A stretch of 53,183 bases of DNA, the filler included, from Basidioascus undulatus (Eukaryota): assembly GCA_000826855.1 (NCBI GenBank). It is 3 parts of 3 records of this genome, joined end to end, with 100 filler letters (N's around TTAATTAATTAA, not from the genome) between each part and the next. Parts side by side here need not be neighbours in the genome. Positions count along the whole stretch, not along the records: positions 35,532 to 53,183 come from JTLS01000516.1; 2 more parts are not named here. The stretch is one strand, 5' to 3'. Made by a program: the position numbers and the translations under genes. Shown here in pieces: positions 48,801 to 53,183 of this stretch. Positions within the stretch are counted from its first letter, which is position 1. Each line of letters begins with the position of its first letter. The notes below the pieces were generated by a model. The model saw only the letters and a program-made list of their open reading frames with translations. It was not told the origin of the DNA and did no database searches.

Positions 48801-49798
48801 CGTGTTCCCTGGAACTACGACGACGAGGTACGGATATACCTTCAGCTAGGCGAGAAGGTCTGCGTTGGCTGAAAGCGGTCGATTTCAGGCGTCGGTCACC
48901 CTCGCCAAGTTTGTCAATGCCAAGCATCGCCTCATGCCCTACCTCTACAGCAAGGTAAGTTGGCCGTTTATTCTGAGAGAAAAAGTTGCTGAGTTTCCGG
49001 TTGATAGGCTATCGAGGCTCACCTCACGGGCGTGCCGCTCATGCGCGCTCTCATTCTCGAGTTCGAGGAGGACTTGACGGCGCATTTCGTAAGCTGTGGC
49101 TTTCTCTTACGCAATTCGAGGCCTAAAATGAACCATTTAACCAGATTGACAAGCAATACATGCTCGGAGAGTCCCTGCTGGTGTGAGTAATTTGCGAGAG
49201 CAATTACAGTGTAGACTGCGACTTACTTCGAACCTCTCTGCAGCGCACCCATTTTCTCCGAATCGACCGCCTCCTACCACGTCCCCGCTGGCGTCTGGAC
49301 GAACTTCTGGGATGGATCGGCTGTTGAGGGTGGCCGCTGGATTAAGGAGGAAGTCGGATTCGACACGATCCCTCTTCTCGTTCGCCGTACGTCTGCTCGT
49401 CCACTTTCTCGGGTGCAGGATCGCAGTCAGCTGAAAAGTCGCACACATCAGCCGGCTCTGTTCTCGTCCTCGGCTCGGAAAACGTCACCAAGCCCGATTA
49501 CGACTACACAGCCTCGCCCGAGATCCGGGTCTACCAGCTCGCGGACGGGCAGACGGCGCACGCGGACATCCCCTCTGGGAAGGGCGCGGACATTGCAGCG
49601 AAGGTTGAGGTTACGCGCATCGACAACACGATCAAGGCCCAGATAGTCCAAGGCACAGTTTCGTCGTGGACACTTTCTGTGTACGACTCGCTCTCGAGCA
49701 AGGTCAAGGGGCTGCACGGTGCGCAGGCGGACACGGCGCGGGGTGCGGTGGTTTCTGCGTTGGCCGAGAGCAAGGAGATCTCGGTTGAATTGGCTTGA
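45839..49798 (+). CDS. GH31 alpha-xylosidase (YicI type), very intron-rich, no obvious signal peptide
   Basis: MRFTDGLW, YGLGERFGPF, SYKCVPFYLS, VFHLDC, GVDAFK|TDFAERIP nucleophile motif, RFPVHWG|GD, SHDIGGFEG, SSHSRLHGSASYRVPW. Confidence 0.94.
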
Positions 49799-50011
49799 CG
49801 ATTTTGGGTTTGCCCGCTTAGTTACATTGAGTCTTGATGAACCACATGCGAGAGATTCGGCAGACTGCCACATTGCCAAGCAGCGAGTGGGATGATTAAG
49901 GAAAGTCTAGCGAGATTACATGCGAATCCACGGGTATATTGGTAGAGAGACAAGAACAGACTAAGCCAAAGGAAGGAATGCCACATCCATCGCAGTGTCA
50001 CGGGTATGCAG

Positions 50012-51531
50012 CTAAGGCTGCGGCGTGCCCGCGCACGTCCATCTGCGTTAACCCCGCCCCCCTTCGGTATCAGCACCCCATCCCCGCCAACTCCCCTGTT
50101 CGATCACGCACGTCTCGTCCGGAACTCCATACCTCCCTCCCGAGCGCTTGTACGGCTTGATGTCCAGGCACTCCGACACGGTCAGCAGCTTGCGGTGCCG
50201 GTACTGCAGCGCTCGCAGCGCGCCGGGGATGACTTGGAGGTTGCTCTCCTCGCTAAATTAAAATGGGGTCGGAGTTCAGTGGGATTGAGGCGAGGGAAGG
50301 ATAGAGGGAAGGACGCAACGTGTCATGGTTGAGGATGTTCATGGGCTTGTTGGACCCCGCAATTTGCGCGTAGAAGAGGGAGCGCGCGGCGGCGGGGGCG
50401 TCCTCGGAGTCGTTCGAGTCGTTGGACCTGTTAGAGGCAACGTTCAGTATTTCATCGTCGGGAGACCGGGATGAAGGCTAGGATGGTGAAAGGAGCTGAC
50501 CAGTTAACGACGGTCAGGTTCCAGCGCTGCAAATTGAGAACCTGGCATGTCAGTAGCTATGAAGAACGCGGCGAAGACGCATGTAGGTATACGCACGTTG
50601 TTGAGCCGCTGCAACGCCCAATCTGGTATGTCCCCGACTGCGCATATCCCCAGATCAGCCCCTCACCCCTGTCGTTAACCCCGCCAAACCCTCACAAGGC
50701 GGTCGAATCAGCGCCGGTACTACGCCGAGAATCTGTTCCCCTTACTTCTATCAGACCCACAATCCGCACTTAACAGCGATACGACGGACCTTCCACAGCG
50801 CCTCCTCCACCAGCGCCACCTGCTCGTCCAGCTCGCGGGGCGTCAGCGTAGAGATCGTCGGGTGGCTCCATGTGTGGCTGCCAATCTCGCTGAGGTGAGG
50901 GGGATCATGTGAACGTCAGTGTGCTGGGTAGAGGGAGAGGTGGGAAGGGTGCTGACTGGCCGTTCTGTGGTGGGGTAGGGAGGAAGGTTGTTGAGCGTTC
51001 GTTAGAGGAAGTCGGAAGGAGATCGGGAGGGGGAGAGAGGATGGCGGGGGTGGAACGTAAGGAACACACCTCAAAATTGTGTCGCAGAATGGCCACGCTC
51101 TCCGTGTCGTCTGCCCGCCCCTTCTCCATCAGCCCTCCTGCATATTCGTCTTCGGAAACCAAAACAAGGACCCACATATGCACGCGTAGTTGTTCCCATT
51201 TACTGTCCATCCCACAAATGTCAGGTCCTCCATCTCCCTACGTAACGCTTCCGGTCTGCACACGCACCGAAGAATGTCGTCTGGCTCGAGCCCTTGAACA
51301 TGTCCCCAAGGTCCGTCGAATAGATGTACGGTCCCTTTGCCACGCACCCCACCAGCCTCAGCCCGACCATATCGAAGCCAGAGACAGCACATCACTGATG
51401 CGACGTGGAGCAAAACACACATCGTCAAACGTCACCGCCACGTTGTGCTTGCACGCCGTCTGGACGCCCATGAGCTGCGCGGCGGCATGGACGGTGCTGG
51501 GGAGGAGGGGGAGGGCGAGGAGGGCGAGCAT
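50012..51531 (-). CDS. Secreted CE4 polysaccharide/chitin deacetylase, multi-exon
   Basis: Signal peptide MLALLALPLLPSTVHA; motifs TFDD|GP, IGSHTWSHP, IRPP|FG, DSED, LNHD, LTVSECL. Ends TWTCAGTPQP* with no GPI tail. Confidence 0.92.
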
Positions 51532-52235
51532 CTTGCGTGTCCGAGTCCGTACGTCGTCGTGAGAGTCAAAGCAAAGCAAAGCAGAGGAACCGAGAAAGAG
51601 AAATAAGGGCGACGGCGACGGCAAGCCTCTTTTGGGCTGTGCTGCGAACTGCGAGCGGAGAGCTGCGCCGGATTCGAGTGAGGTATAAGTGGCGAGATGG
51701 GAGGCTGCCCGTCTGAGCTGCTGAGCCCAAAAAGGCTGAGGCTGGCGCGAGGGGAGATGTTTAAGGGGCAGAGTCAGTGTGAGATGGCCGCGGGACGCTT
51801 TGCGCGCGCATTAGAAATGGATGTGAAGTGCTGATTGGTCAGGTCGAAAGGTACAGACGAGAACGGGCGGCGGTGAGCGTTGATTTGGGACGAGTGGACG
51901 AGAAGGCGGGAGAGGCCGGACAATTTCCTGGGTTGGAAGGTCAGTCCCGGACCCAGTGATGCTGATTCTGAAGAGCACAAAATGATGCGAAGGGTGGCAG
52001 TGCTACGGTCGAGGCGACCAGCGAGCGAGCGAGCGAGTGAGCGGGGACATTGAGAGCGGGAGAGCATTGAGGGCGTCAGGGCGCAGTCGGACTTGTCACG
52101 GTGCGCTGACGGAGCTTCTGAAAGCTACGTCTATCCCAATCCCGATAATTGAAGCTCCCAAGAAAGGCAAGCAACAGCAGCGCACCGCATCTATGCTTCC
52201 CTGCCTGCCTCCCACCCATCGTCCCGCACCCCTCC

Positions 52236-52770
52236 TCACTTCTTCTTCTTGCCCTTCTTCTTCTTCCCTCCGCCTGCTCCACCAGCCGCACCATCACCCC
52301 CCGCCACCTGCCCCTGCCCCTGCGCCAACTTCTTCTCCGCCCCAGGCCCCTTCTCCGCGTCCTCCGGCGCCGCGGCCGCGGCAGGTGCAGCCGGCGGCGG
52401 CGTGGGCGGGCGCTCGGGCACGTTCGCCATGGCGCCGGCGAGCGAGCGCGTGAGGATGTCGAAGCGGGTGAGGATCATTGCTGATTGGGTTTTATATTTG
52501 AGGCACTGGGAGCGAGGCGTGTGAGTGAGCGAACTAGCGGGAAGGACGCGGGAGGGGGAGACGGACAGTGTTATCGTCCGTTACTTTGAGGACGAGATCG
52601 CCCTTCTTTGCCCGCCATTTTACGCAATACCGTGCCTGCAGAACAGGATGGCGGTGTGAGAACAAACTTGGGGGGGACACCCCGGGAGAAAGACGAACCT
52701 TGGCCGGAGCGGCCTTGTACAGCTCGAGCGCCCGGGCCTGGTACTCCTGCCAGGACTTGACGTAGACCAT
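52236..52770 (-). CDS. SRP9: Signal recognition particle subunit SRP9/SRP21
   Basis: MVYVKSWQEYQARALELY...|ARYCVKWR...LVLKVTDDNT|CLKYKT and a Lys-rich tail. Confidence 0.93.
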
Positions 52771-53183
52771 CGCGTGTGCCCGTACACGCTTTCTGCGCCC
52801 GCAAATGAAACAAATAAAGTTGGAGGGGCGCGGGGTCGCGATCGATGGACGCGCGAAGGGAGGACGATGACGGTTGCTGGGCAAGAGCACAGCCGGGCGC
52901 GGCCGCCATGATCGTGTCCGGCCCAGGTCTTCCTCCTTCGCCGTTGCCCTGCACCACCGCCCCTCGCTCGCTGCTCGCCTATTGGTTTCTATACCCCATG
53001 TCCCGATACCTGGATGCGCTCTCAATTGCGCGTGGGGGTGCGCGGGTGCTCAGGCGCGCGGCTGAGGTGCAGGGGCACCGGACTACGCGGGAAGGGATGG
53101 TCGAAGGGCTTGTGAGCTGGGGTGGGAGGTATCGGTGTCCTTGGCGGGAATGAAGTGGGCTTGCTTGGTGAGACGGTCGACGC

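Noticed and set aside
18949..49798. Fucose permease, beta-helix protein and alpha-xylosidase as a xyloglucan utilisation cluster
   Set aside because: They are separated by unrelated housekeeping genes and an artificial gap, so linkage is not established.
45839..49798. Recent horizontal transfer of a bacterial yicI
   Set aside because: The gene has many spliceosomal introns and host-like composition, and YicI-type GH31 enzymes are known in fungi.

Overview
Eukaryotic DNA, almost certainly from a GC-rich, intron-dense basidiomycete fungus (55-75 nt introns, GTGCGT/GTACGT/GTGAGT donors, CTRAC branch points). The six-frame ORF track is therefore mostly exon fragments and shadow ORFs, and the gene models below were spliced by eye. 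Two 100-bp N/TTAATTAATTAA spacers (17671-17770, 35432-35531) split the window into three segments whose adjacency is not established. Segment 1 holds a delta-12/omega-type fatty acid desaturase, a CpG-depleted repeat relic, glutathione reductase, a tract of decayed genes (MYND, RING, a tandem paralog pair) and a vWA-domain protein. Segment 2 holds a FucP-type MFS sugar permease, PP1 inhibitor-2, a membrane-anchored beta-helix protein and a disordered CaaX protein. Segment 3 holds cytochrome c1, a possible KDZ transposase relic, a coiled-coil protein, TFIP11/Ntr1, a GH31 alpha-xylosidase, a CE4 deacetylase and SRP9. I found no CRISPR array, rRNA, tRNA or clear multi-gene novel system. The best leads are a spliced, apparently CUG-initiated mitochondrial presequence on glutathione reductase; a CaaX protein with a hidden first exon, a 531-nt intron and a motif repeated at both ends; 5-7 nt microexons with GC donors; and a strongly CpG-erased tract.
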